Below the pieces are notes generated by a model, which saw nothing but the letters and a program-made list of their open reading frames with translations, was not told the origin of the DNA and ran no database searches. Below are positions 11,267 through 23,245 of a stretch of 32,428 nucleotides of DNA, piece after piece. Source of the DNA: Octopus bimaculoides (lineage: Eukaryota); contig NC_068983.1 in assembly GCF_001194135.2 (NCBI RefSeq), positions 139,064,691 through 139,097,118 on the forward strand, in the 5' to 3' direction. Position 1 is the stretch's first letter, and each line of letters starts with the position of its first letter. A program made the position numbers and the translations under genes.

Positions 11267-11463
11267 TGGGATTGGCTATAACCCTCTCCAAGTGCTAGAA
11301 ATAGACGCCAAAAATGCTAATACCACCTTAAAACTCCCCAAAATAAAACATGGGCTGTAGTCGATGAAACGACTTTTTCAAGACTAGAGCCCAGGCTTCT
11401 AAGATGATATTAGTGTCTATTGGCGTCTATTTCTAGGACGTGGAGAGGTTTATAGCAATCCCA
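11267..11463. repeat. 197-bp fold-back element with ~45-bp imperfect terminal inverted repeats and nested inner hairpins
   Basis: TGGGATTGGCTATAACCCTCTCCAAGTGCTAGAAATAGACGCCAA (11267-11311) versus the reverse complement of 11420-11463 (about 4 differences). Inner GGGCTGTAGTC..GACTAGAGCCC and AGTCG-ATGAAA-CGACT stems. Confidence 0.8.
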
Positions 11464-12236
11464 TAGTATATATATATANNNNNNNNNNNNNNNNNNNNNN
11501 NNNNNNNNNNNNNNNNNNNNNNNNNNNNNNNNNNNNNNNNNNNNNNNNNNNNNNNNNNNNNNNNNNNNNNNNNNNNNNNNNNNNNNNNNNNNNNNNNNNN
11601 NNNNNNNNNNNNNNNNNNNNNNNNNNNNNNNNNNNNNNNNNNNNNNNNNNNNNNNNNNNNNNNNNNNNNNNNNNNNNNNNNNNNNNNNNNNNNNNNNNNN
11701 NNNNNNNNNNNNNNNNNNNNNNNNNNNNNNNNNNNNNNNNNNNNNNNNNNNNNNNNNNNNNNNNNNNNNNNNNNNNNNNNNNNNNNNNNNNNNNNNNNNN
11801 NNNNNNNNNNNNNNNNNNNNNNNNNNNNNNNNNNNNNNNNNNNNNNNNNNNNNNNNNNNNNNNNNNNNNNNNNNNNNNNNNNNNNNNNNNNNNNNNNNNN
11901 NNNNNNNNNNNNNNNNNNNNNNNNNNNNNNNNNNNNNNNNNNNNNNNNNNNNNNNNNNNNNNNNNNNNNNNNNNNNNNNNNNNNNNNNNNNNNNNNNNNN
12001 NNNNNNNNNNNNNNNNNNNNNNNNNNNNNNNNNNNNNNNNNNNNNNNNNNNNNNNNNNNNNNNNNNNNNNNNNNNNNNNNNNNNNNNNNNNNNNNNNNNN
12101 NNNNNNNNNNNNNNNNNNNNNNNNNNTATATATATATATATATATATTTCTATCCATCTACAAACATTCATGCATACGTATATACATATATGGATATAAG
12201 CGTGTGTGTGCGGGCATGTATGCATTTATGTATATG

Positions 12237-12278
<42 letters not shown>

Positions 12279-12543
12279 TATATCTGAATCTATCAAACAT
12301 ACACGCATACACTCGAATATTTAATCTCTATGAGCAATGGCCTCATACGTTAATATTCCTAGGCGATTTTGCAGGAATGTGGTCATTTTATTGTTGTAAT
12401 TAAAATTATTGCCAATTAATGAGAACCCATGAGTATTAATTCTTAATTAGATTATAATTTTTCGGACTATTAACCTCATTTTTATATATTAATCACCTCC
12501 TAATATTTACCACCATCCTACACATCAGTCGGGAATAAGATAC

Positions 12544-12570
12544 CTGATGACGATTGAAGATCAAACCGAT
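12544..12570 (+). ncRNA. Degenerate hammerhead-like motif (G12 missing)
   Basis: CTGATGA-C-GAT-TGAAG-ATC-AAAC; a canonical motif would read ATC-GAAAC. Confidence 0.35.
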
Positions 12571-12740
12571 TAATATGTAGTGTAGAAGTAAATATTTAAA
12601 CAAATATCATACTTAATGATGTGGCTAATTGTGCGAATAATTATAATCTTATGAACGCCACCTCACCTTCGACATTTGAGTATTAGTTGTTGTTGCTGAA
12701 TCGTGAGGAATAATCAACTTTCGTACAAACGTAAAATATA

Positions 12741-12781
<41 letters not shown>

Positions 12782-13659
12782 ATTACACTCACGCATTATT
12801 ATGTGTGTGTGTGCGTACACGCGAGTGTATGAGAGTATTGAATCTATCTTCTGCCAAAGCTTTCTAGTTGATATGTTCATATGCTCTATATTGATTTCTA
12901 GTGAATTGATATTCAATATATTAACAACTGTGAACGCTTAGGAATATTTCTCAATATCTGAAGTATGTTCTAATAATCCTAGGTATGGTTATCTCTCAGA
13001 GATATCAGTTATCAATACTTGATATATATTTATGATATTGCACGGATGTAAGTAACATGAACAACATCATCTCTATTGAAATAGTTTAATAACGGAACAA
13101 TGTGAAAATATCGCATTTCTGTACCATGAAAATATTAGAGATACTTATAAGTTTTCATGAGAAAAGTAATACTTAAGTACTCCCATATCGTCCAGTAGTC
13201 GGTACATATCGGAAAGTATGCGTTAGTCAGAACCTTGTATTGTAGTCTGATTATTAGCACAAGCCGGTTAGGTAAAGGCATCTGATTCAAACACTCTCCG
13301 ACCAGAATACACTTTCTCCGCATAACACCTAGAGTGTTCTACCATGGTTGCAAATTGGCCCAATCATTGGATGCAAAATTCGTTGTTCAAAGACTATGAA
13401 TATTTTTTTTTTCCGGCGGATATACTAAATTGTCTGTGGTAACTTATTTTATCTGATTGTGCTGTCGGTAATCCAAGAAGTTTTCTGGTCTGAGGACAAC
13501 ACTCCCTCTTACTCCAACCAGTTTCATTAGTATTGCGAAAAGCTTGAGAACGTCGTCTTTCCTCCCATTCCCACATACACACATGCATGCATACATATAT
13601 ACATGCATGCAAACATACATACATACATACAAACATACATACATACATGCAAATACACA

Positions 13660-14275
13660 TAATGGAACATGTTGATAAAGAAGACACACAAAAATGCCAC
13701 CAAACTTCGACGTGGCAATATAAAATATGTGCTCTGCTATAGTAGTTGGAAGGTATTACCCACATCATTAGCAACTGGCCCAAAATGTCTATGAGATACT
13801 ATCTGCACCTGAGCTATGATATAGTTGCAATGACTATTTACAACGCCATCCATCGAAATGTTTGCTCTGATGTATATATCAAAGGCATGTCAAACCCAAC
13901 AGGTATTCACATCTTTAAAAGCAAAGAATGCTGGTGGAAGAAACCACTAAAAACATCAATTCTGTGCAAATATAACAGAACTGGTATTTTTTCTATGAAA
14001 CAGGGAACACAATTCATGTTTTTCTAGAGGTCAGCCGCCCAGCGGATGTGAATTTACCATCATACGTCCAGGCAAAAGAGGATATTTTTGGTGAATTAAT
14101 GAGGAACTTACAGCTCTTGTACCCTGACTATAAATTCTAATTTGTACATATTGTACATAGGTGCAAAATCCTAGAAATACCAGATCTTTCGAAGAAAGAG
14201 TAACAGAAACAGACGAAGATTCTACAAATCCAATCTATTAACAGCATAAGGGACAACATTCCAGAAATTCGCCAT
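13660..14275 (+). mobile_element. RLE-type non-LTR retrotransposon (R4/Dong/NeSL group), decayed C-terminal zinc knuckle and restriction-like endonuclease
   Basis: LEGITHIISNWPKMSMRYYLHLSYDIVAMTIYNAI..ECWWKKPLKTSILCKYNRTGI; EVSRPADVNL..KEDIFGELMRNLQLLYPDYKF; ILQIQSI. These match the decayed HIIS-C..RHD..N(R)PD..EVS.P.D..EK..Y pattern of RLE elements. Weaker similarity may extend upstream to ~13200 across a microsatellite. Confidence 0.78.
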
Positions 14276-14299
14276 CTGAGATGCCTTAGATGAATAGAC

Positions 14300-14560
14300 G
14301 AAAAGATGAACACACTTGAATATATGCATTGTCAGTGCATTTTCCGGTTTTATTCTCAAGCTTGACCAATTAACATTATGGATATTATCCAACCATCTCC
14401 TACTTGGTCTACCTTTAATTTGATGCGCCTCGAGCAATTCATCTTGGGTTCATTTTGTCTGACATTAGAATCAAATGTCCTAATTACCAGAGCTGTGACC
14501 TCTCAATTTTGAAGAGTAGCCTCATTATCAAGATCACTGAGTTACGCACCTCATCGCATA
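14300..14560 (-). mobile_element. RTE-clade LINE, 3' coding remnant
   Basis: Minus strand LCDEVRNSVI..KIERSQLW*LGHLILM..LLEAHQIKGRPSRRWLDNI, matching the RTE C-terminal motifs VRN..IR / QL.W.GH..RM / GRP..RW.D.I. Confidence 0.75.
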
Positions 14561-15382
14561 ACGCTACTCAGAAGATTCTCAGCATTTTTTGATCAGCTAT
14601 TCATTTAGCTATTCGATTCAGCTATTCCATTTAGCTATTTCACAATGTTGTCTTCCCTAAAAATGTACTTCTAGCCAAATAGAGTTTATTGGATTGTTAA
14701 GTACGCTAGCGCACTCTTAACTAATAAGTATTTATCTACTCTATACCGCACTGTTCTAAAAATACTCCGCAGTTAAACTTTCAGGCCATGGCACCTTACT
14801 TTTTTATCTCGATTTCATATAGACTATTTATAACAAAACATGTTATTATCAGTACCTAGATTAAGTGAAGCATTAACTATCTTTGTTAGCTTTATCGGAA
14901 GAAAAGCGCTGTATACGGCGATATACTTTATAGCTTTACCACTATAATAAATTATTCCGCCAAAACCAGATACAACCCCATCATCCCAACAAGCCGCTTT
15001 GGAGATTATATATGGACATACGATTTGGCTATTGAAAACAAGCAATCTACGTGATATACTATTCTATTCAAAGTTTAGGGGATACATTGTCAGTATCAAA
15101 AAAATGTTATAGGTTATCCTGATGATAAATATGCCTGCGCTATAATTTAAAAGAAAAAAGTAAGCCATAAATATTAATGTTTAAATAATGTATATAAATA
15201 ACGGAATATTGTTGAATATTTTATGACCAAGATTTCATTACGATCCTACTCGGTTTTCATGTGCCATTTAAACAAGAATAAAGTGCCTTCTGATATTAGG
15301 CAATAAAACTTCTGTGAAAATCTAGTGGTAAATTCTCGGTAAGTAGAGGGACAGTAATATATAATCATACATCCGGATATTT

Positions 15383-15387
<5 letters not shown>

Positions 15388-15472
<85 letters not shown>

Positions 15473-15866
15473 NNNNNNNNNNNNNNNNNNNNNNNNNNNN
15501 NNNNNNNNNNNNNNNNNNNNNNNNNNNNNNNNNNNNNNNNNNNNNNNNNNNNNNNNNNNNNNNNNNNNNNNNNNNNNNNNNNNNNNNNNNNNNNNNNNNN
15601 NNNNNNNNNNNNNNNNNNNNNNNNNNNNNNNNNNNNNNNNNNNNNNNNNNNNNNNNNNNNNNNNNNNNNNNNNNNNNNNNNNNNNNNNNNNNNNNNNNNN
15701 NNNNNNNNNNNNNNNNNNNNNNNNNNNNNNNNNNNNNNNNNNNNNNNNNNNNNNNNNNNNNNNNNNNNNNNNNNNNNNNNNNNNNNNNNNNNNNNNNNNN
15801 NNNNNNNNNNNNNNNNNNNNNNNNNNNNNNNNNNNNNNNNNNNNNNNNNNNNNNNNNNNNNNNNNN

Positions 15867-15897
<31 letters not shown>
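15388..15897. repeat. (CA)n and (TA)n microsatellites flanking an assembly gap
   Basis: CA run to 15472, N run, then TA run at ~15867-15897. Confidence 0.9.
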
Positions 15898-15904
<7 letters not shown>

Positions 15905-17780
15905 CGTATTTGTATGTCCGTAAGTGTATGTCAGTGTGCATGTGCTGTGTTTGAGTGTGTGTGTATGAATATATGTGTGTGTGCATGCGTGTGACCGTGC
16001 GCGTGTGAGAGAAAGAGAGAGAAAGAATGAAGGCGAAAGAGTGAGTGAGAGAGTGAGGAGAGTCTATATCTGTATATACATATGTTTAAATAGGTATCGA
16101 AATAAGTTATTCAGAAATAGTTTCAGTGAAAACCGAAAGTGAAAGCAAGTTGCCAGCGTAGTGTGTTAGCAAATATAAATGAACGAAATATACATTACGG
16201 CAAATTTTCTTACGTCAAATATTTTATGGAATTAATAATCCTTATATGCCATATTTAACAGTACCCCATATACTAATTTCATTCTTTTTTTACCAAATAT
16301 TTCTCTATTTTGGCATCATTATAAATACATTTTTTAAAGTCTTCACTTTCAATATCAGATTGCAAAATATTTTTCATTGTATATGAAAATTTATGGAATG
16401 TTACTTAACATGATCATATATTCAGGATTAATGGTGTCATGGAGACGAATATCAGCAATACTTATTTTTATAAATGTATTTTGTTGTAGTCTTTTTAGCA
16501 GTTTATTTTTCCTATTATGTTTTAAACAAATACAATTAAATAGAGATAATAATAAATTAAATTATACACTTGATTTCATTGAAATCTCTAATATTTAACA
16601 TCATTTTTCCATTGGAGTTATTATCAGTAGTCTATTGTATGTGAACGTGGCATTAAATCCTGCCGTCAAAACGGTAATTTTTACAAGCTTAAGAATATAA
16701 TATAGTTTTTCACAAAACACAAATTCATGGCTATTTTGTCACGCAATTTTATTGGTTGGTTACCAATAAAAGATTTGAAATGGTACAGTGTGTATCGTTT
16801 ACTATAAGTGGATCTCAGTCTCTGCAATGAAAATATCATTGAACGATCAATAAAAGCTCACCACGAGCATTGCTGAAATACAATAGTAACATTGATTTCG
16901 ACTGACAATAGTCCAAATTCTTAGAAAACGTCCAATAAATGTGATCTTTCAACTGTCAGACTGCATTAATAAAAAGACCTCATACCAATACTTATCTAAG
17001 CAAATGCCTATAATGCCTCTCTCTCACCCCCCTCTCTCTNNNNNNNNNNATGCCTATAATGCCTCTCTCTCACCCCCTCTCTCTCACCCCCTCTCTCTCA
17101 CCCCCTCTCTCTCTCATCGTCTCTCTATCTGTCTGTATGTATACGTGTGTATTTATATACGGAGAAAGTGTGGAGAGACAGAGAGAGATCCGAATCAGGT
17201 GGTAATGTGATTATGTACGTGTACGAAACATATTCAGCACTTTACGTTATACTTTTCTGTATATTAACACTGGTCTTGCCAAGAATATAATCTGTAGAAA
17301 CGAAACAATTGTTAATCAGACATCTATCTCATGTAGACGACACAGCAATATACTATACCGCACTCAAACTATATAAAGAAATATATATTTGATAATAAAA
17401 CTAGTGCGCAGAAAGCATTTCAGTAAAACAATTTTAAATAGCGACTGCTGCTAAACTCCTCCTGTACAGTAAAATACAAACGGAAAGTGTATGCGCCAAG
17501 ACAATACTTCAGGAATGTAGGAATTTTTTTTTTATGGTGACAACGAAACACATGAATATCCGTGAGCACAAGCTTATTGGGTTTGATTCTTTGTAAAAGT
17601 TTAATCGATGGTGAGAAAAATATATTAGAAAATATGATTTTATCTCGCTGAACTATCAATATTCTTTTTTTTAGTTTACTAATTTAGCAAAATATATATT
17701 ATTTCCAAACGACATAGAATGCGAATTGACGTTACAATAAAGATAGAAACGTGACGATATAATAGCCACTATAATGTCTC

Positions 17781-17986
17781 ATAAGGTACAGAGACTGAAA
17801 TCTTTGGGGAGTAGGCCCATCGATTAAAATCACCCCAGTACACAACTGGTACTTCGTTTGTCAATCTTGAAAGGATGAAAGGCAAAGTCGACCTCAGCGG
17901 AATTTCAACTAAGAACGTAAAGACAGACGAAATTCCTCTAAGCATTTCGCCCGGCGTGCTAGCATTTCAGCCAGCTGACCACCTTC
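17781..17986 (-). mobile_element. tRNA-derived SINE with Deu/Nin-like central domain (copy 1)
   Basis: Minus strand has a tRNA-like head, then GTCGACTTTGCCTTTCATCCTTTC..AAGTACCAG. Aligns with three other copies in the window. Confidence 0.85.
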
Positions 17987-18002
17987 ATAAAAAAATGGAT
18001 AT

Positions 18003-18693
18003 TCTTTTCTACTTTAGGAACAAGGTCCGAAAGTTTTGGGGATGGGACCAGGGATCTTTTCCTTTTGACCGGCACATAGAAAAAATAATTTTTTGTAACT
18101 AAACACTTTCATACTGGTAAAATAGGAAATTTCGTAAACGCTAAAACAAAACGAAAATACTTCCACAAACAAAATAAACTGAATTTTTTTTTTAAATAAC
18201 TAATAACCGAATTGATTAAACTATGTACACGTTTATCTCAAATGTAAATATATCAGAAATAACAGCGAGAAAGTAAATTTACACCACCAGAACGTCTTGT
18301 TGACAAACCACAGCAGTAATTGTTTTCACCTCAACAGACATCATTGATTGATTGAAATTACCAAAATACGACAACTTTAACACAAAATAACTTCGAAAAT
18401 CAAGAATTTTCTTAAAAACGCCAAGAGTAAATGATGTTTTAAATGACACATTCTACCAGTATACGAAATTTGAAAGTGTTTAGTTACAAAAAATCATTTT
18501 TTCTATGTCCCGGCCAAAAGGAAAAGATCCGGGGCCAGTCGATTAGACTGACACTTAATTTATTTATCAACCTCGAAAGGATGAAAAGCAAAGTCGACCT
18601 CGGAAGAATTTCAATTCAGAACGTAAAGACAGACGAAGTACCGCTAAGTATTTCGCCAGACATGCTAACATTTCTACCAGCTCGCCGCCCTTA
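18003..18693 (-). mobile_element. Same SINE family (copy 2), split by a MITE insertion (SINE parts 18003-18051 and 18531-18693)
   Basis: Removing 18052-18530 plus one TSD copy restores ..GAAAGTTTTGGGGATGGG(A/G)CCAG TCGATTAG.., as in copies 1 and 4. Confidence 0.8.
18052..18530. mobile_element. Merlin-like MITE (479 bp) with 60-bp TIRs and 8-bp TSD
   Basis: TIRs at 18052-18111 and 18471-18530 (3 mismatches) start GGATCTT. TSD GGGACCAG (18044-18051) / GGGGCCAG (18531-18538). Subterminal ~18320-18480 is similar to the reverse complement of ~4360-4521 in the other MITE. Confidence 0.85.
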
Positions 18694-18820
18694 TGAAGAA
18701 AGAAATATTAACGTATTGAATGAAAGAAACGCCACTTCAAATCCTCATTTGCTTAAACACTTATTATTCAAGTTAATTCATTTATGAAATTAAAAATAAA
18801 TTCAAAGAGAGAAAGAAAGT

Positions 18821-19458
18821 GCTGTATGACAGAGTGGGTAAGAAGCTCGGACTGTAATCGCGAGGTTTTGGGTTCAGTTCCACGTTAGCTCTGGATCGAC
18901 CAAAGCCTTGTAAATAAACTTCGTAGACGGAAACAAAAGGAGAACCCATCGTTTACATATATGTATATATCTATGTGTTATTTCTTTACTACTCACAATG
19001 GGCTATACACAGAGGGGACAAACAAGGACAGACAAACGGATCAAGTCGATTATACCGACCCCAGTGCGTAACTGGTACTTATTTGATCGACCCCGAAAGG
19101 ATGAAAGGCAAAGTCGACCTCGGCGGAATTTTGAACTCAGAACGTAGCGGCAGACGAAATACCGCTAAGCATTTCGCCCGGCGTGCTAACGTTTCTGCCA
19201 GTTCGCCGCCTTATATATCTATGTGTGTATGTTTATGTTGATGCCTGTATCAGTGCTTGTCACCCAGTACCACTTCACAACCGATATTTGTTAGTATATA
19301 TTTCTGTAATCCTTGCGATTTGACAAAAGAAACCGATAAAGTGCCAGATTTAAAAACAAATATTGCGATAGAATAGGCCGAATGAACCCTTCAAGGTGAC
19401 GCACCAGCATAGCTGCAGTCCAACCACATAAAAAGTAAAATTTAAAAGATAAAAGACA
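18821..19458 (+). mobile_element. Second tRNA-derived SINE family copy (head ~18821-18963, body/tail ~19212-19458), interrupted by SINE copy 3
   Basis: A-box-like AGAGTGGGTAAG and B-box GGTTCAGTTCC (18871-18881). Internal TA/TG tract. Tail ..CCCTTCAAGGTGACGCACCAGCATAGCTGCAGTC..AAAAGATAAAAG. Joining the two halves is inferred from the TSD. Confidence 0.6.
18979..19211 (-). mobile_element. Full-length, little-diverged Deu/Nin-domain SINE (copy 3) with 15-bp TSD
   Basis: A box TGGCAGAAACGTTAG (19200-19186), B box GAGTTCAAAATTCC (19138-19125), central GCCTTTCATCCTTTCGGGGTCGATCAAATAAGTACCAG. Perfect TSD TATATATCTATGTGT at 18964-18978 and 19212-19226. Confidence 0.92.
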
Positions 19459-19769
19459 GGGTTAACCTGGTGTGTCCACAAAATGTACAGTGAATTGAAA
19501 CTGATGTAATTAAATCTAATTCAATACCAGATCCTTTATATTTCATGCTTGAAATTATTTACTTAGAAATCTAATGTATACAAACACTGACACACGCAGG
19601 GGGTGTGTGCTTGTGTGTACGTGTGCGTGTGTGTGTGTGTTTGTGTTTAGAGTTTGTGCTTGTGTGTAGAGTTTCACAATATTATTCATGATAAACATTA
19701 TCAATGTATAATTTAGATTTAGAGTGGAAAATAATTACGATTAATTGAAAGATAATTGCCATTAAACGA

Positions 19770-19813
<44 letters not shown>

Positions 19814-19898
19814 ACGCTCATATATAACGATCATATATGCATGTATGTGTGTATATGTATTTTATATTAATGACGAGGTATTACTTTATGTGTGTGTA

Positions 19899-20170
19899 AA
19901 GGCGCGTGACAGTAGTTCACATAATCGGTCCACGGTCGTAAGTTCGTTTCACTGCGGTGCGTTGTGTCCTTGCTCCCGTTCACTCAGGTGGCAAAAATGA
20001 GATGTACCTGTAATTCCAAGGTCCAGTCTTGTCCCATTCTGTGTCACGCTGAATCACCATGAGAACCACATTAAGAATACGTGTGTCTGTGGAGTGCTCC
20101 ACTCTTGTACGTTAATTTCACGAGCAGTTTGTTTCAGTTTGGTTCATTATAGCCCTTGACAAGAGAAATT
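19899..20170 (+). mobile_element. Degraded tRNA-derived SINE with CORE-like domain
   Basis: AAGGCGCGTG head, then GTTGTGTCCTTG..CACTCAGGTGGCAAAAATGAG. Related to 30717-30975. Confidence 0.6.
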
Positions 20171-21910
20171 ATGGAATAGGTAATGCCTGGTATTTACGAT
20201 GACCGCAATAGCTTCCTTATATCACAGCACAACTTATTTTAATTTTCGCAAGCCTTGGCAGAGCAATATTGTCAATATCATTAGAGAAAATATTTCTGAT
20301 AATTATCGAAAGTTATTTTCCCATGGAGCAAAATGCAATTCTGTGTCTTTCCGTGAACACTGGTGAATCATATATAACATATAACACTGCAAAAGAAGGT
20401 ATAAACTCTATTTGTGTAACCTGCAAGTGAGATTCATGTATTGTACACTTAAATCAGTTCTCCTTGCTATCATAGCGAAAAAGGCATGCAGAGCTCTGTG
20501 GAGATTTTTAAACATGCAACCCCAAACTTTGGCCTAAATTTAACATAAAGAACACTGGTTTTATTAGTTGATCATTTTAGTTAGTCGAGTCAAGTGACAT
20601 AACCTTCGCACATTCTGAACGAAACTTCTCTTTTCAGAGAAGTTGAACTTCTCTTTACAGCAAAATAATTAATTTCAATTTGTAAATACTTTTTGTTGGT
20701 TTATAGACTATCACAAATTTTCTCGATTATCTAATATTTCAGTCATTAGAGTGACAGCGGTTTATTTATTAATGAAATAACGTATTTTGGCGTTGATTCC
20801 TATTTTTACATTTCATAAATATGCGACAAGTAAGAAATACTTTTGAAAATAATGAATAATTGATTTTAGAAAAATTATTATGATGATATCAATGCAAATA
20901 AAACGAAAATGCTCTTTTCATTATTATTACCATTTTAAATTATCCTGGATCAATATTTATCTTTATTGTTGAGTTTCTTTAATAAAATTCCGCTCTTCAA
21001 ACCTTATTAATTTCTGGCTGCTATTATTGTAATTACTAAATTTTTCAATGAATATTCTTAATGATACTCTATAAGAACAGAACTATGTAAATAGGAGACT
21101 GGCAAAAAGAATATGAGTCCCACACCGATATTTCAGTATATATTTTAATTGCATTTCTCAATTAGATTGCCAATTAAATTTTAATATGAAAAATTGCATT
21201 TTTTTTCAAGTTTCTATTTCGTGCTTTTCTAGTAAATCATAACAATATATACACTTACACACACATACACGCTCATAAATGTTAAATTGCAGGTGTTGTT
21301 TTAAAGCTAGTTTGATAATAACAAACAATTTTTACTGAGAGGGTGACCTGACACTAAGAGTAAAATCAAAATGTTAGTAAAATTCATGTTGACTGTGACT
21401 ATATATGTCGTTTGACACAGGATTAAGTCTAAGTGAGCTGTAATGGTGACTATATCAGTATATCAATGTCAGCTGCTGCGACGTTAGTAGGTGGGCGAAT
21501 GTTGAACCGTTGTGAATAATGAAACCGATGATACGGTAAAGATGAAGTTTGGGTCACTATATGTTTATTGAACATTTGTCTATCTCAGGGTCGACGCCAA
21601 AATTACAATTGCACAGTTCTGGATGAGGGGTTCAGTTACCGTTACAAATATTGATGTCTCGATATGAACAGGTCACAGCCCATTTTGAACACCATATACA
21701 GAACAATTTTGAACACCATATACAAGAAATAGTCACATACTTGTTTTTAACTTACACACACATACACACACGCACACACACATACTCACACAGACACACA
21801 CAGACACACACAGACACACACATACGTATCTTTAGCCATCAATCACGAATGATTGTGGCTTGACACTATGTACCATGTTTTCGAGAAACGCTCTTGGATC
21901 TTCCATCCTT

Positions 21911-21977
21911 GACACAATGTTTCGTCTAGGATGTGACAGCGAAAAGGGAAGAGCAGTGCACTGCTAGTCATCTTCAG
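21911..21977 (-). ncRNA. Hammerhead-like motif with enlarged stem-loop II
   Basis: CTGAAGA-T-GACTAG-(34 nt)-CTAGAC-GAAA-CA-TTG-TGTC. Stem II pairs at 5 of 6 positions. Stem I is ambiguous. Confidence 0.35.
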
Positions 21978-22289
21978 CTGTTAGATTGGTATAAAATGCA
22001 GTGATGTACCTTACTGAAGCAAACAACATACTGGCCTTCTAAGGAATCAAGACGGCATTTACATTCATGACCGCAACGATCTAATAATAATGCCACGTGG
22101 TTTCATACACATACAAGCGCACGTGCACACACATACACACATATGATGGAAAGAATAAAGACGGAAAAATCACACAAACAATACGAGTAAAATTTGAGGT
22201 AAAGATAGCATACAAAATACCACGCAGAGACATATAAGCGGAAACGCGTGTCTGCAATTAGCTGCGGCTTCGTGGAAAAGCAGTAGCAA

Positions 22290-22312
22290 CTACACACACA
22301 CACACACAAACA

Positions 22313-22374
<62 letters not shown>
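22290..22374. repeat. (CA)n microsatellite at the edge of a gap
   Basis: Direct reading. Confidence 0.95.
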
Positions 22375-23245
22375 NNNNNNNNNNNNNNNNNNNNNNNNNN
22401 NNNNNNNNNNNNNNNNNNNNNNNNNNNNNNNNNNNNNNNNNNNNNNNNNNNNNNNNNNNNNNNNNNNNNNNNNNNNNNNNNNNNNNNNNNNNNNNNNNNN
22501 NNNNNNNNNNNNNNNNNNNNNNNNNNNNNNNNNNNNNNNNNNNNNNNNNNNNNNNNNNNNNNNNNNNNNNNNNNNNNNNNNNNNNNNNNNNNNNNNNNNN
22601 NNNNNNNNNNNNNNNNNNNNNNNNNNNNNNNNNNNNNNNNNNNNNNNNNNNNNNNNNNNNNNNNNNNNNNNNNNNNNNNNNNNNNNNNNNNNNNNNNNNN
22701 NNNNNNNNNNNNNNNNNNNNNNNNNNNNNNNNNNNNNNNNNNNNNNNNNNNNNNNNNNNNNNNNNNNNNNNNNNNNNNNNNNNNNNNNNNNNNNNNNNNN
22801 NNNNNNNNNNNNNNNNNNNNNNNNNNNNNNNNNNNNNNNNNNNNNNNNNNNNNNNNNNNNNNNNNNNNNNNNNNNNNNNNNNNNNNNNNNNNNNNNNNNN
22901 NNNNNNNNNNNNNNNNNNNNNNNNNNNNNNNNNNNNNNNNNNNNNNNNNNNNNNNNNNNNNNNNNNNNNNNNNNNNNNNNNNNNNNNNNNNNNNNNNNNN
23001 NNNNNNNNNNNNNNNNNNNNNNNNNNNNNNNNNNNNNNNNNNNNNNNNNNNNNNNNNNNNNNNNNNNNNNNNNNNNNNNNNNNNNNNNNNNNNNNNNNNN
23101 NNNNNNNNNNNNNNNNNNNNNNNNNNNNNNNNNNNNNNNNNNNNNNNNNNNNNNNNNNNNNNNNNNNNNNNNNNNNNNNNNNNNNNNNNNNNNNNNNNNN
23201 NNNNNNNNNNNNNNNNNNNNNNNNNNNNNNNNNNNNNNNNNNNNN

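Noticed and set aside
14824-15045. 73-aa minus-strand ORF with plausible acceptor (TTTTCAATAG) and donor (GTACTG)
   Set aside because: No recognisable protein similarity and no partner exons; needs RNA-seq.
16747-16771. 10-bp perfect hairpin TTTTATTGGT-TGGTT-ACCAATAAAA
   Set aside because: AT-rich and isolated, so it is expected by chance in 32 kb.
17004-17085. Direct repeat ATGCCTATAATGCCTCTCTCTCACCCCCTCTCTCT on both sides of 10 Ns
   Set aside because: Typical unmerged contig overlap, so probably an assembly artefact.
19125-19200. tRNA-like A/B boxes here and in other SINE heads
   Set aside because: They do not complete a cloverleaf and continue into SINE body, so they are not tRNA genes.
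21682-21723. Two copies of TTTTGAACACCATATACA at 24-bp period
   Set aside because: Simple local tandem duplication; two units only, not a CRISPR-like array.
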